Below, piece by piece: positions 39,222 through 47,253 of a stretch of DNA of 64,000 bases. The DNA comes from an uncultured Acidobacteriota bacterium (lineage in GTDB: Bacteria; Acidobacteriota; Vicinamibacteria; Vicinamibacterales; CAVVIG01). The translations under genes were made by a program, and so were the position numbers. How positions within the stretch are numbered: the first letter of the stretch is position 1; each line of letters starts with the position of its first letter. Below the pieces are notes generated by a model. That model did not search any database. It was not told the DNA's origin and worked only from the letters and a program-made list of their open reading frames with translations. The DNA lies in NCBI GenBank assembly GCA_963840225.1, contig CAWIYH010000004.1, positions 30,383 to 94,382 on the forward strand. The letters run 5' to 3'.

Positions 39222-39307
39222 GCCGGGGTGGCGGAACTGGCAGACGCACAGGACTTAAAATCCTGGGTCCCGCAAGGGGCGTGTGGGTTCGATGCCCGCC
39301 CCCGGCA
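39222..39307 (+). tRNA. tRNA-Leu (anticodon TAA)
   Basis: Hand-folded. Acceptor GCCGGGG/CCCCGGC plus discriminator A. Anticodon arm CAGGA-CTTAAAA-TCCTG. Long variable arm (GTCCC-GCAA-GGGGC). T arm GTGGG-TTCGATG-CCCGC. Length 86 nt. Confidence 0.9.
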
Positions 39308-39441
39308 CTTTCTCAGGTGATTTGAGGCGTTCTCAGGGCGAGTGCGGACGGCCTGCGATAGGCCGCCATTGACTCTGGGTGAGCCAGCCTGCGGCCTGCC
39401 TCGAGAACCGTGTACTTCGACGCCAAGACCAAAGGGCTGGC
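39285..39441 (+). repeat. direct repeat copy 1 (157 bp: tRNA-Leu 3' end plus 134 bp downstream)
   Basis: Identical to 46574-46730 except for one position (39354 T versus 46643 C). Confidence 0.95.
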
Positions 39442-39708
39442 GCTCCGCGTGTCGCCGCGGGGCTCCAGGACCTGGGCGTTCGTCTATCGGAGCGGTGGAC
39501 GGCCGCCACGGCGGCTCGAGGGTTCAGCGAGGACGTCATCGGTCGCGCTCTGAACCACGCGCGCTATACGGTCACGGCCCGGCACTCCATCAAGCACGGG
39601 TACCAAGTCGAGGTCCGGCACGCGCTCATGACCTGGGACGGGGACTTGGCGGATATCGTCGCCGGCCGCGAAGTGAGCCCGCGCGCGGTCCTGCCGTTCC
39701 GGCGATAG
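39365..39708 (+). pseudogene. P4-type tyrosine integrase, internally deleted (Arm/DUF4102 N-terminus joined out of frame to the extreme C-terminus)
   Basis: The frame from GTG 39410 gives VYFDAKTKGLALRVSPRGSRTWAFVYRSGGRP (DUF4102-like). A second frame gives GFSEDVIGRALNHARYTVTARHSIKHGYQVEVRHALMTWDGDLADIV (integrase C-terminal helix pattern). The ~300-aa catalytic core is missing. Confidence 0.65.
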
Positions 39709-40121
39709 ATGTCGTTTCCCGGCGCGCGGCGTGGCGCGATGCGTAACGCGCCCGGCGCTTCGGATGTGGTCGAGGCAAGTGATGCCGTCCCTTACGCCAG
39801 CAGCGCTCTTTGCTGCACGCGAGGCGATCATGCTCTCGGCACGAGGGCTGGCTCACTCGGAGCCAACCAGGAGGCGACGATCAGCTCGTGACCTGAGGCA
39901 CGTGGGTTAGAGTCCCAGCACGTGGTGGAAATTCGATAGCGGCCCCTCGGTAGACAAACGAAGCGGCCATCGCGCATCTTTCCGTGAGTTCTCTCTGGCG
40001 GGAGACGAAAGCACGGAGGTGTTGAGACGATGGCCCCGCGCGCCGCCAATTTCGATCGTAATCGCGCCGTCTTCTCGGCAGAGCCGGGCATTGTCGGCAT
40101 CCGCCGTCGGGGTCAGGAGCG

Positions 40122-40195
40122 AAGGGGGAGCGACCCCTTGCTACGCGGCGGCGCGGCGTGCCCAACGCCGGCCCCGGCCGGGGTCGCTCCCCCTT
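40122..40195. repeat. 16-bp perfect inverted repeat pair, each arm itself a small hairpin
   Basis: AAGGGGGAGCGACCCC (40122-40137) and GGGGTCGCTCCCCCTT (40180-40195) are separated by 42 nt. They lie just upstream of the IS91-type transposase remnant. Confidence 0.8.
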
Positions 40196-40349
40196 CGTGC
40201 GTCGGGCGACGGTCCAGACCGTCGTTGCAGGAATCGCACTCTCCAGCTCGCAGTCCTCTTGCAGATTCTGCAATCCCCACGCGACGCCGAGCGATTCTGA
40301 GCCGGGCCCGACGCGCGGCGGGCTGGCACCGTCCCTGCGCCCGTCGCGG

Positions 40350-40819
40350 CGTGCCCCCAGGGCCCTCGGTCTATCAGCGTCGGTCGCCCGGCGACACCGT
40401 CCTGTACCGCATCGTCCGTGACCCCTTCGAGACGTTCCGCGCCCAGGCCGCGGGGTTGCGCGACCGCGAGGGCCTGCCTCAGTTCGTCGAGCAGGCATTC
40501 CGCAATTTCCTCCGTTGCGGCTGGCTGGCCGGCGGCTTCGCGCGCTTTCGTTGCGCGGGCTGCGGATTTGACCGCCTCGTGGCTTTTTCGTGCAAGGGGC
40601 GCGAACTGTGCCCGAGCTGTGGGGGGGCGCCGGATGGCTGAGCGGGCCGCACACCTTGTCGACCGGGTCCTGCCGGACGTGCCGATCCGGCAGTGGGTAC
40701 TGAGTGTGCCGCACCGCCTCCGGTACCGACTCGCGTGGGACCACGATCTCTGCCGGGCCGTCGCCGGCGTGCTGGTCCGGAGCGTCCTTCGCGTGCTGGG
40801 CGATCGGCCACGCGACGAC
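40350..40819 (+). pseudogene. IS91-family (Y2/HUH rolling-circle) transposase, 5' part: zinc-binding domain, frameshifted, interrupted by IS21
   Basis: VYQRRSPGDTVLYRIVRDPFETFRAQA...GLPQFVEQAFRNFLRCGWLAGGFARFRCAGCGFDRLVAFSCKGRELCPSCGG, then a frame change to RRMAERAAHLVDRVLPDVPIRQWVLSVPHRLRYRLAWDHDLCRAV. Confidence 0.75.
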
Positions 40820-40924
40820 TGGGCGCGCCGCTCAGAAACTAGGCCATTCGCCGCTCAGAAAGTAGACCACCTGAGGGTGTGACGGCGAGCTTGCCGGATC
40901 GAGGGATCCGGGGTTCGCTGGAGG

Positions 40925-42406
40925 ATGCTCAGGATGGATCAAGTGCATGTTGTCCGGCACAAAGTGCTGGTGGAGGGGCGGACGCAGCGGGCGGTCGCCC
41001 GTGAGTTGGGGATCGCGCGCGTCACCGTCCGTAAGTACTTGCATCAGGCGGTCCCGAGTCGAAAGCCGGCGACGCCGCGACCGCGGCCGGTCTGGGATGC
41101 GGTGGCCGATCGGGTGCAGGCGCTGCTGGCCGATTCCGTGCGATGGACGGCCGGCAAACAGCGGCTGACCGCCACACGGCTGCACGAGATGCTGCTGGCG
41201 GAAGGGAAACGCGTGGGCGTGACGGTCGTCAAAGACGCGGTCGCCGAGTGGAAGCGACAGCGGCGAGAGGTGTTCGTCCCGCTGACGTATCGGCCGGGTG
41301 ATCTCGCCGAGGTCGATTTCTTCGAGGTCCTGGTCGACATCGACGGCACGCGGCGCAAAGCGTGGCTCTTCCTGATGCGGCTGATGTACTCCGGTCGCGA
41401 CTTCGCCTGGATTTACGAGCGCCAAGATCAAATCAGCTTTCTCGACGGGCACGTCCGCGCCTTTGCGCATTTCGATAGCGTGCCCGCGCGCGTCGCGTAC
41501 GATAATCTGCGCGCCGCGGTCGTGCGGATTCTGGTTGGCGGCGCGCGCACGCTGACGCCGCGGTTCGAGGCGCTGACCTCGCATTACCTGCTCGAAGCGT
41601 GCTTCTGTCGGCCCGGCGAAGGCCACGACAAAGGCGGCGTCGAGTCGCGGGGCAAAGCCATCCGGCAGCAAGCGCTCGTCCCCATTCCGAGCGGGCCGAC
41701 GCTCGCGGCGATTAATGCGACGCTGCTGGCGCAGATGGATGCGCGGCTCGACACGACCCGGGATGCGGCCGGTCGCACGATCGGCGACCGCTTCACCGAG
41801 GAGCAGCGCCAGTGTCGGCGGGCGCCCACGCCGTTCGCGCCGGAGGCCACGACGTTCGCCACCGTGTCGCCGCGCGCGCTGGTCCGGCTCGAAGGCGCGG
41901 TCTACTCGGTGTGGACGCGCTGGGTCGGCCTCGATCTCGTCGTGCGCCTGGGCGCCACGATGGTGACCCTGGTGGGACGCGACGGCGTCTGCGTGACGCA
42001 TCCGCGCAAACGCTTCGGCGAGCGCTCGATTGATTATCGACACTACCTGGCGGAGCTCGCGCGCAAGCCGCAGGCGGTGCGCCAGGTGCTGCCGGATCTC
42101 CTGTGGGATCTCGGGGATCCATTTCCGGCGGTCTGGGCGCAGCTGCACGGCGCGCACGGGCCGCGGGAGGCGGCGCGGCACTTCGCCAAAGTCCTCGGCC
42201 AGCTGGAGACACACGGCGCCGCCGTGGTCGTGCCCGCGCTGCGCGTCGCGCTCGCGACTGGGGCGCCGCTGCTGCTCGCGCTCACACCGGCCCGATCGCC
42301 CGTCCGTGTCGCGCTTGACGCGCTGCCGGCGCCCCTCCGTGAGATCGACGTCGCGAGCGGCTGCGCCGCCGACTATGACGCTTGGCTCCTGGGCGGCGTC
42401 GCATGA
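40925..42406 (+). CDS. istA: IS21-family transposase IstA
   Basis: 493 aa. N-terminal HTH (GRTQRAVARELGIARVTVRKYL). DDE region (GDLAEVDFFEVLVDIDG...MYSGRDFAWIYERQDQISFLDGHVRAFAHFDSVPARVAYDNL...CRPGEGHDKGGVES). Confidence 0.9.
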   Translation: MLRMDQVHVVRHKVLVEGRTQRAVARELGIARVTVRKYLHQAVPSRKPATPRPRPVWDAVADRVQALLADSVRWTAGKQRLTATRLHEMLLAEGKRVGVTVVKDAVAEWKRQRREVFVPLTYRPGDLAEVDFFEVLVDIDGTRRKAWLFLMRLMYSGRDFAWIYERQDQISFLDGHVRAFAHFDSVPARVAYDNLRAAVVRILVGGARTLTPRFEALTSHYLLEACFCRPGEGHDKGGVESRGKAIRQQALVPIPSGPTLAAINATLLAQMDARLDTTRDAAGRTIGDRFTEEQRQCRRAPTPFAPEATTFATVSPRALVRLEGAVYSVWTRWVGLDLVVRLGATMVTLVGRDGVCVTHPRKRFGERSIDYRHYLAELARKPQAVRQVLPDLLWDLGDPFPAVWAQLHGAHGPREAARHFAKVLGQLETHGAAVVVPALRVALATGAPLLLALTPARSPVRVALDALPAPLREIDVASGCAADYDAWLLGGVA

Positions 42407-43170
42407 GCACCGCCACCCTCGCCCGCGATCTCGTCGTCGCGCAGACGCGGGCGTTGAAGTTGCCGGGCGTGGCGCGCACCTTCGAAGCCCTCGCTCGCCA
42501 GGCGCGCGACGCGCACTGGCCACACGAGGATTACCTGCACGAGGTGCTCACGGCGGAGCAGGCCTCGCGGCACGAGTCCGTGATCCGTCAGCGGCTTCGC
42601 GAGGCGCGCTTCCCCGAGGTGAAGACCCTCGACACCTTTGACTTCACGACGGCCGACGGCGTCAGCGCGACGCAGATTCATACGCTGGCACGTGGCGAGT
42701 GGGTCACGGCGCCGGAGAATCTGATCTTGGCCGGCCCGATCGGGACCGGCAAGACGCACTTGGCGATCGCGCTCGGCGTGGAAGCCACGAAGCAGAAACG
42801 ACGGGTGCTCTTCACCCGGGCCGCCGACCTCGTGCGTCAGCTGATTGAAGCCCGCGATGCCCGCGAGCTGACCCGGCTGCAGCAGCGGCTCCTGCGCGTC
42901 GACGTCCTGATCGTCGACGAGCTCGGGTTTGTGCCGTTCGACCGCATCGGCGGCGAGCTGCTCTTCAATCTGATCACCGATCGGTACGAGCGGCGGGCGA
43001 CGGTCGTGACCACCAATCTGGCGTTTGCTGAATGGGTGACGGTGTTCGCCGGCGACGAAAAACTGACGACCGCGCTTCTCGATCGCTTGGCGCATCACGC
43101 CACCGTGCTGACGACGAAAGGCAAAAGCTATCGCATGCGAAAGCGCCGCGGCCGCGAGGAACCCTCGTGA
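42403..43170 (+). CDS. istB: IS21-family helper ATPase IstB
   Basis: ATGA overlap with istA. Walker A is LAGPIGTGKTHLA and Walker B is LLIVDELGF; it also has TTNLAFAEW. Confidence 0.9.
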   Translation: MSTATLARDLVVAQTRALKLPGVARTFEALARQARDAHWPHEDYLHEVLTAEQASRHESVIRQRLREARFPEVKTLDTFDFTTADGVSATQIHTLARGEWVTAPENLILAGPIGTGKTHLAIALGVEATKQKRRVLFTRAADLVRQLIEARDARELTRLQQRLLRVDVLIVDELGFVPFDRIGGELLFNLITDRYERRATVVTTNLAFAEWVTVFAGDEKLTTALLDRLAHHATVLTTKGKSYRMRKRRGREEPS

Positions 43171-43386
43171 TCCGTCGAGACTCGATGGCTCTTATCGAGG
43201 CGTACAGGTTCGCAGCCTTCTCTGGGCGCTCGCCGGCGATGCCGGCTCGCGCTGTCCTCACGACGACGTACGAAGGGGGGCCGTTTTAGTGTCGCTGCGT
43301 CAGAAACCGGTAGAATGAACGTCCTTCAGGTGGCCTACTTCTCGAGCGGCGTACTGGCCTAGTTTCCGAGCGGCGCAACCAACGAC

Positions 43387-44453
43387 GGCGTCGAGGCGGC
43401 CGCGGCGGTGCGGTGGGGTCTTTGTAAGCGAACGTGGGCAGCGAACCTTTCACGCCGTCGGTCGGCTGGGTGCGCTCGACGCCGAAGAGGTGCTGGCGGC
43501 TGTCGAGGCGATCGTCAGCCGTCGGCTTGGCGCGAGCACCGAATTGACCGACGACGTCCCGGCTGGCGATCCATGGGGCGACGAGGCGCAGGTGATCGCG
43601 GGTCTCGCGGCCGCCTCCGTACAGGGGCTTGCGGCGCTTGGGCCGCGCTCCGGTCGCGGTCCGGCGCGTCTGGGATACATCCTCGGGCCGGGAGCGGCCG
43701 CTGGCTTGGTTCCCGGATCCTGCGCGGCGCGGGCTAACGGCTACAGCTTCAGTGGGGGTGGGGCCCCACCCCCACGCGCTCTTGCTCCTCGGCTTCGCTC
43801 GTCGCAAGGGCCGCAGACGCTCTCCACGCAGGTGTCGTCGTCCCGGCCGGGCAACGCGAGCGGCTGGAGCGGGTGTGGCGGTACGTGCTGCGTCCGCCGG
43901 TGGCGATCCACCGTCTCCACCTGACGGACGATGGACGGGTGCGCCTCTCGCTGCGGCACCCATGGAGCGACGGGACGACGGACCTTGTATTCACGCCGCT
44001 GGAGCTCCTCGAGCGCTTGGCCGTGCTGCTGCCACGGCCGCGCATCAACCTGATCTTGTACTTTGGCGTGCTCGGAGCGCGGGCAGCAGCGCGGGCGCAG
44101 GTGGCCGGCCGACGTGGGCCCGAGGCGGACCACGGGCCGACGACAGACGCGCAGAGCCCGTGGCGGCCTCTGGCGACCGCGCCGAGTCCGCAGGCGGCCG
44201 CAACCGGTCGTGGGCGACGCTGATGCAGCGGACGTTCGGCCTCGACGTCCTGGCCTGTCCGCGCTGCGGCGGGCGACTTCGGCTGATCGCACTGATCGAG
44301 CGAGCGGCCGTGATCACGCGGGTGCTCGGTCATCTGGGGCTGCCGGCCGAAGTGCCGAAGCCGCGTCCAGCGCGATCGCCGCCCGACGAGCTTTGGTTCG
44401 ACGAATTGACACCAGTCGGGGACCAGGTCGACGTGTTCATGCCAGCTTCGTGA
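43387..44453 (+). pseudogene. IS91-family transposase, 3' part (multiple frameshifts and deletions)
   Basis: The fragments lie in three frames: AEEVLAAVEAIVSRRLG; ANGYS / LHAGVVVPAGQRERLERVWRYVLRPPVAIHRLHLTDDGRVRLSLRHPWSDGTTDLVFTPLELLERLAVLLPRPRINLILYFGVLG; and WATLMQRTFGLDVLACPRCGGRLRLIALIE. The HUH region is not found. Confidence 0.7.
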
Positions 44454-44743
44454 CGGACGGCCGGCCGTGGCGATAGCCAGGCAGGCGCCGCAAGGCAACC
44501 AGGTCCGCAGTGGGCGCGTGAGGCGCGCGATCGCGCCTGCAGCGAGCGACCGAGAGGGCTAATCTGCGTTGTGTCAGAGGAGAGAACAAGGGCTGTGTCA
44601 GAGAGAGAACGGGGCAGGGAAGGGGCGACCAGGTCCGAGAATGCGCGTCATGTTCGCTAATGCGGCCCATCCTCGATCCTCCTATCCTCTATCCTCTCCT
44701 CTCGACAATGTGGCCGGGCGCTGCAAGTCGTTCGTCTGAGCCG

Positions 44744-45473
44744 CTAGACTGCCAGCCGCCGCAGCCCGTCGGCAATCCGCCGACATGCGGACAGGATCCG
44801 GTAGTCCTCCGCATACCACGCCGACAGGTTCTCGATGGCCTGTGGCTCGAGATGCCGGTCGAGGCCGGCCGGAGCCCGGTGTGCGGCCATCTCGTCGGTC
44901 GGAAGCGCGACATCCGGACATCCGAGTACCCGTTTGAGCGCGTCGAAGTCTTCGGTCAGCCGTTCCTGGAATCCGATGAACAACAGACCGCTGCGGCGCC
45001 GTTCGAGGGTACTCGACGGAGCGGAGCCAGTGTGCGAATCCGTCCCTGACGTGCTTGATGCTGCGCATGCCGTCCATTGCCGCCAGACGGACGTCGGGAT
45101 CCGGCGAAGACAACGACAAGGCCAGATCGTTGGGCGTGTCGAATCGTCCGAACGCCATCGCCTCCTCGGGGCTCCACGGAAAATGGTACCGCGGCGCGCC
45201 CTGGCGCTTCCTGCTGTGGAAGCCGCTGATGAACCGGGACATCGGATCCCGCAGAAAGAAGACCGCGTATTCGCTGGCAGGCACGTCCGCCAGCGTGAAC
45301 CTGTGCGGATGCACGGCCAGGGTGTAGTGCGCCCCCTGGGGCCGATGCTCCAGTGCCGTTTTGATCGCGGTGCCGCCGGTCTTGCCGATGTGCAACAGAT
45401 GAGCCGTGGGTGGGCGCCACGGTGCACGGCGGCTGAACCTGTTCCAGATGTTCGCGTTCATGAGGAGCCTCAC
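44744..45473 (-). pseudogene. sulfotransferase-family gene, frameshifted
   Basis: The N-terminal frame (from 45473) gives LLHIGKTGGTAIKTAL...FFLRDPMSRFISGFHSR. The C-terminal frame (to 44744) gives LLFIGFQERLTEDFDALKRVLGCP...LSAWYAEDYRIL. The switch is at about 44975-45010. Confidence 0.65.
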
Positions 45474-45484
45474 TCGCCGCCCTG

Positions 45485-45733
45485 CTAGTGCGTCAGAAAC
45501 CGGTCAAGCACGGCGATATCGTGCTCGCGCGTGCCGACGAAGCGGAGGGCGGCAACCCAGGTCGCGATCGAGTGCTCCTGGCCCGACGGCTCCACGCGCA
45601 CAACCTCCACGCGCGTCGAGAACACGTCGTGGTCGAGCACGACGTCGAACCGGGCGGACTGACCGCGATCCAGGCGGCTGTTCGTCTTGACGAGGGCGCC
45701 GCTGGATCCGATATCGACCAGCCACGCGCTCAC
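45485..45733 (-). CDS. short PilZ-like protein (possibly N-terminally truncated)
   Basis: 82 aa from a GTG start. WLVDIGSSGALVKT...ARFDVVLD...RVEVVRVE fits a PilZ beta-barrel pattern. The RxxxR part is not present downstream of a start codon. Confidence 0.4.
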   Translation of the reverse strand: MSAWLVDIGSSGALVKTNSRLDRGQSARFDVVLDHDVFSTRVEVVRVEPSGQEHSIATWVAALRFVGTREHDIAVLDRFLTH

Positions 45734-45781
45734 GATGGTGGCTCGCCCATCGCGAGCGTCGCAGGTGCGGTCCCCAGAATG

Positions 45782-46337
45782 TCAAATCGCTTCCCCTGAC
45801 GCCGATCGATCACCGGATTCGTCCCAGGCAGCATCGAATTGGTGTGGCGGCGTGCAAGTTCGTAACCAACGCGGAAGGTGCGCGGGCACGAACGACTCCC
45901 GGCCTTTCACTGTCGCGTAGTTTCTCTTTCCCGCACAGCCGATGCCGGCACCGGACGAACCGGGGAGGGCCCGACTGGTGCCGGCATGCGACAACAAAAG
46001 TCGACGTGCCGCACCACTTCGACGGCTGCCGGGCTTCGCGGCTGAGACGGGCCCTCGGGCCACAGTGGTGTCAGACGAGAGAGCCTCGGTCGTGACGAGT
46101 TCCACCGACCGCCCGCAAGCGCGCTTCGAGCAGCTCCGACAATGCCATGAAGCGTGCGTACGACTTGGCGCCGGGTGCGAACTGAACGAGCATGTCGACG
46201 TCGCTGTCGGCGCGCGGCTCCCCGCGGAGCACCGATCCGAAGAGCGCCAGCCGCATCACGCCAAGCGCGCGAATGTCCTATTCGCATTCGGCCAGGCGCT
46301 CGGCGGCCTGCCCGTAGCTCAGCACTGGCGTCGGCAT
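45782..46337 (-). pseudogene. decayed MNT-type nucleotidyltransferase plus possible HEPN (DUF86-like) remnant
   Basis: MPTPVLSYGQAAERLAECE*DIRALGVMRLALFGSVLRGEPRADSDVDMLVQFAPG carries an in-frame TAG. The family continuation VELVTTEAL is in a different frame. Further downstream, RTCTPPHQF fits a loose Rx4-6H motif. Confidence 0.45.
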
Positions 46338-46540
46338 ACCCACAGCGTAGCACGGCGCCCGGCACGAGGCATGGCGGGTACGTCCCGGCTCGATTCGGAC
46401 GCGACCTCGCACGGGAGCCGTGTTCTGGCTAACGGCCCGACGAAACTCAGTGCTCGTCCAGGCGGGCCGCTGCAACAGATCGACCAGTGATTTCGGTGCG
46501 ACCGACGTTTCAGCGCTCATCGCGCGATTGCGCGCGAACC

Positions 46541-46596
46541 GACTTAGAATTCTGTGGATCGCAAGATCCGTGAGGGTTCGATGCCCGCCCCCGGCA
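46541..46596 (+). other. 3' half of a second, diverged tRNA-Leu-like sequence (anticodon loop to 3' end); not a complete tRNA
   Basis: GACTTAGAATTCTG-TGGATCGCAAGATCCGTGA-GGGTTCGATGCCCGCCCCCGGCA. It is collinear with the tRNA-Leu and about 70 percent identical upstream of the repeat, with compensatory changes keeping the variable-arm helix (GGATC/GATCC). There is no acceptor or D-arm 5' half. Confidence 0.6.
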
Positions 46597-46730
46597 CTTT
46601 CTCAGGTGATTTGAGGCGTTCTCAGGGCGAGTGCGGACGGCCCGCGATAGGCCGCCATTGACTCTGGGTGAGCCAGCCTGCGGCCTGCCTCGAGAACCGT
46701 GTACTTCGACGCCAAGACCAAAGGGCTGGC
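46574..46730 (+). repeat. direct repeat copy 2 (157 bp)
   Basis: See copy 1. It includes the first 11 codons of the integrase frame and ends abruptly at 46730. Confidence 0.95.
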
Positions 46731-47143
46731 TCGCCGGCGGCGCCGTCGCGCCGCCAGCCTCACCCGTGACGACATGCATTCTGGCCCGGGCTGTCCCCTT
46801 CCTCCCGGCTTACATCCTCGTCCGACCGACGCTCGACAACGCGAGTCGGCTCCTCGCGGCGCTCGAGGCCTTCGGGTTTCCCGTCACCGAGCTTAGTCCC
46901 CACGCGATCGTAGATCGTCGTCGGATGCTGCAGATGGGCGTGCCGCCGGTGCAGATCCACGTGATGAGCGCGATCAGCGGGGTCGCGTGGGATGATGCGT
47001 GGTCGGATCGCGTCAGCGGCCCCCTCGGGAGCCACAGCGTTCACTTCTTGGGCCGCGAGACGTGCCTGCGTAACAAGCGGACGGCCGGTCGTCCCAAGGA
47101 CCTCGCCGACATCGACGCGCTCGAGCCCGGTCGCGACGTGTAG
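46731..47143 (+). pseudogene. nucleotidyltransferase-fold protein (DUF6036-like), 5'-truncated at the repeat junction
   Basis: ILVRPTLDNASRLLAALEAFGFPVTELSPHAIVDRRRMLQMGVPPVQIHVMSAISGVAWDDAWSDRV...FLGRETCLRNKRTAGRPKDLADIDALE matches a family that normally begins about 35 aa earlier with GGxAV...DxD. No own start codon is present. Confidence 0.5.
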
Positions 47144-47253
47144 CCCTGGAACTGGGTCGGACGCGTTTCGACGGCCGAACGCCACGCAGGTGCTACCATT
47201 GACGAGACCGAGCGCGAGAGGAATCTGATCAGTCGATGATCACGGTTGCTGAA

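Larger units (their letters stand above)
40820..43381 (+). mobile_element. IS21-family insertion sequence (2562 bp), apparently intact
   Basis: The ends are TG...CA. Imperfect ~58-bp terminal inverted repeats are TGGGCGCGCCGCTCAGAAACTAGGCCA... (40820-40877) and the reverse complement of 43323-43381, TGGTTGCGCCGCTCGGAAACTAGGCCA... Each contains two CGCCGCTC(A/G)(G/A)AA sub-repeats. A 5-bp target duplication ACGAC lies at 40815-40819 and 43382-43386. It encodes istA and istB. Confidence 0.85.

Noticed and set aside
39898-39926. CACGTG-containing imperfect palindrome (cacgtgggttagagtcccagcacgtgg) that looked tRNA-like
   Set aside because: No cloverleaf can be built. The stems are interrupted and there is no T-loop or acceptor pairing.
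40323-40338. TGGCACcgtcccTGCg sigma-54-like box
   Set aside because: The spacing is correct, but it lies inside the decayed IS91-type region with no intact downstream gene. It is likely a chance match or a relic.
44571-44610. Two adjacent copies of GTGTCAGAG(G)AGAGAAC downstream of the IS91-type remnant, plus ACCAGGTCCG occurring twice at about 44497 and about 44627
   Set aside because: There are only two copies each and no spacer regularity, so this is not a CRISPR array or tandem array. It may belong to the old IS91 end, but I cannot support that from sequence alone.
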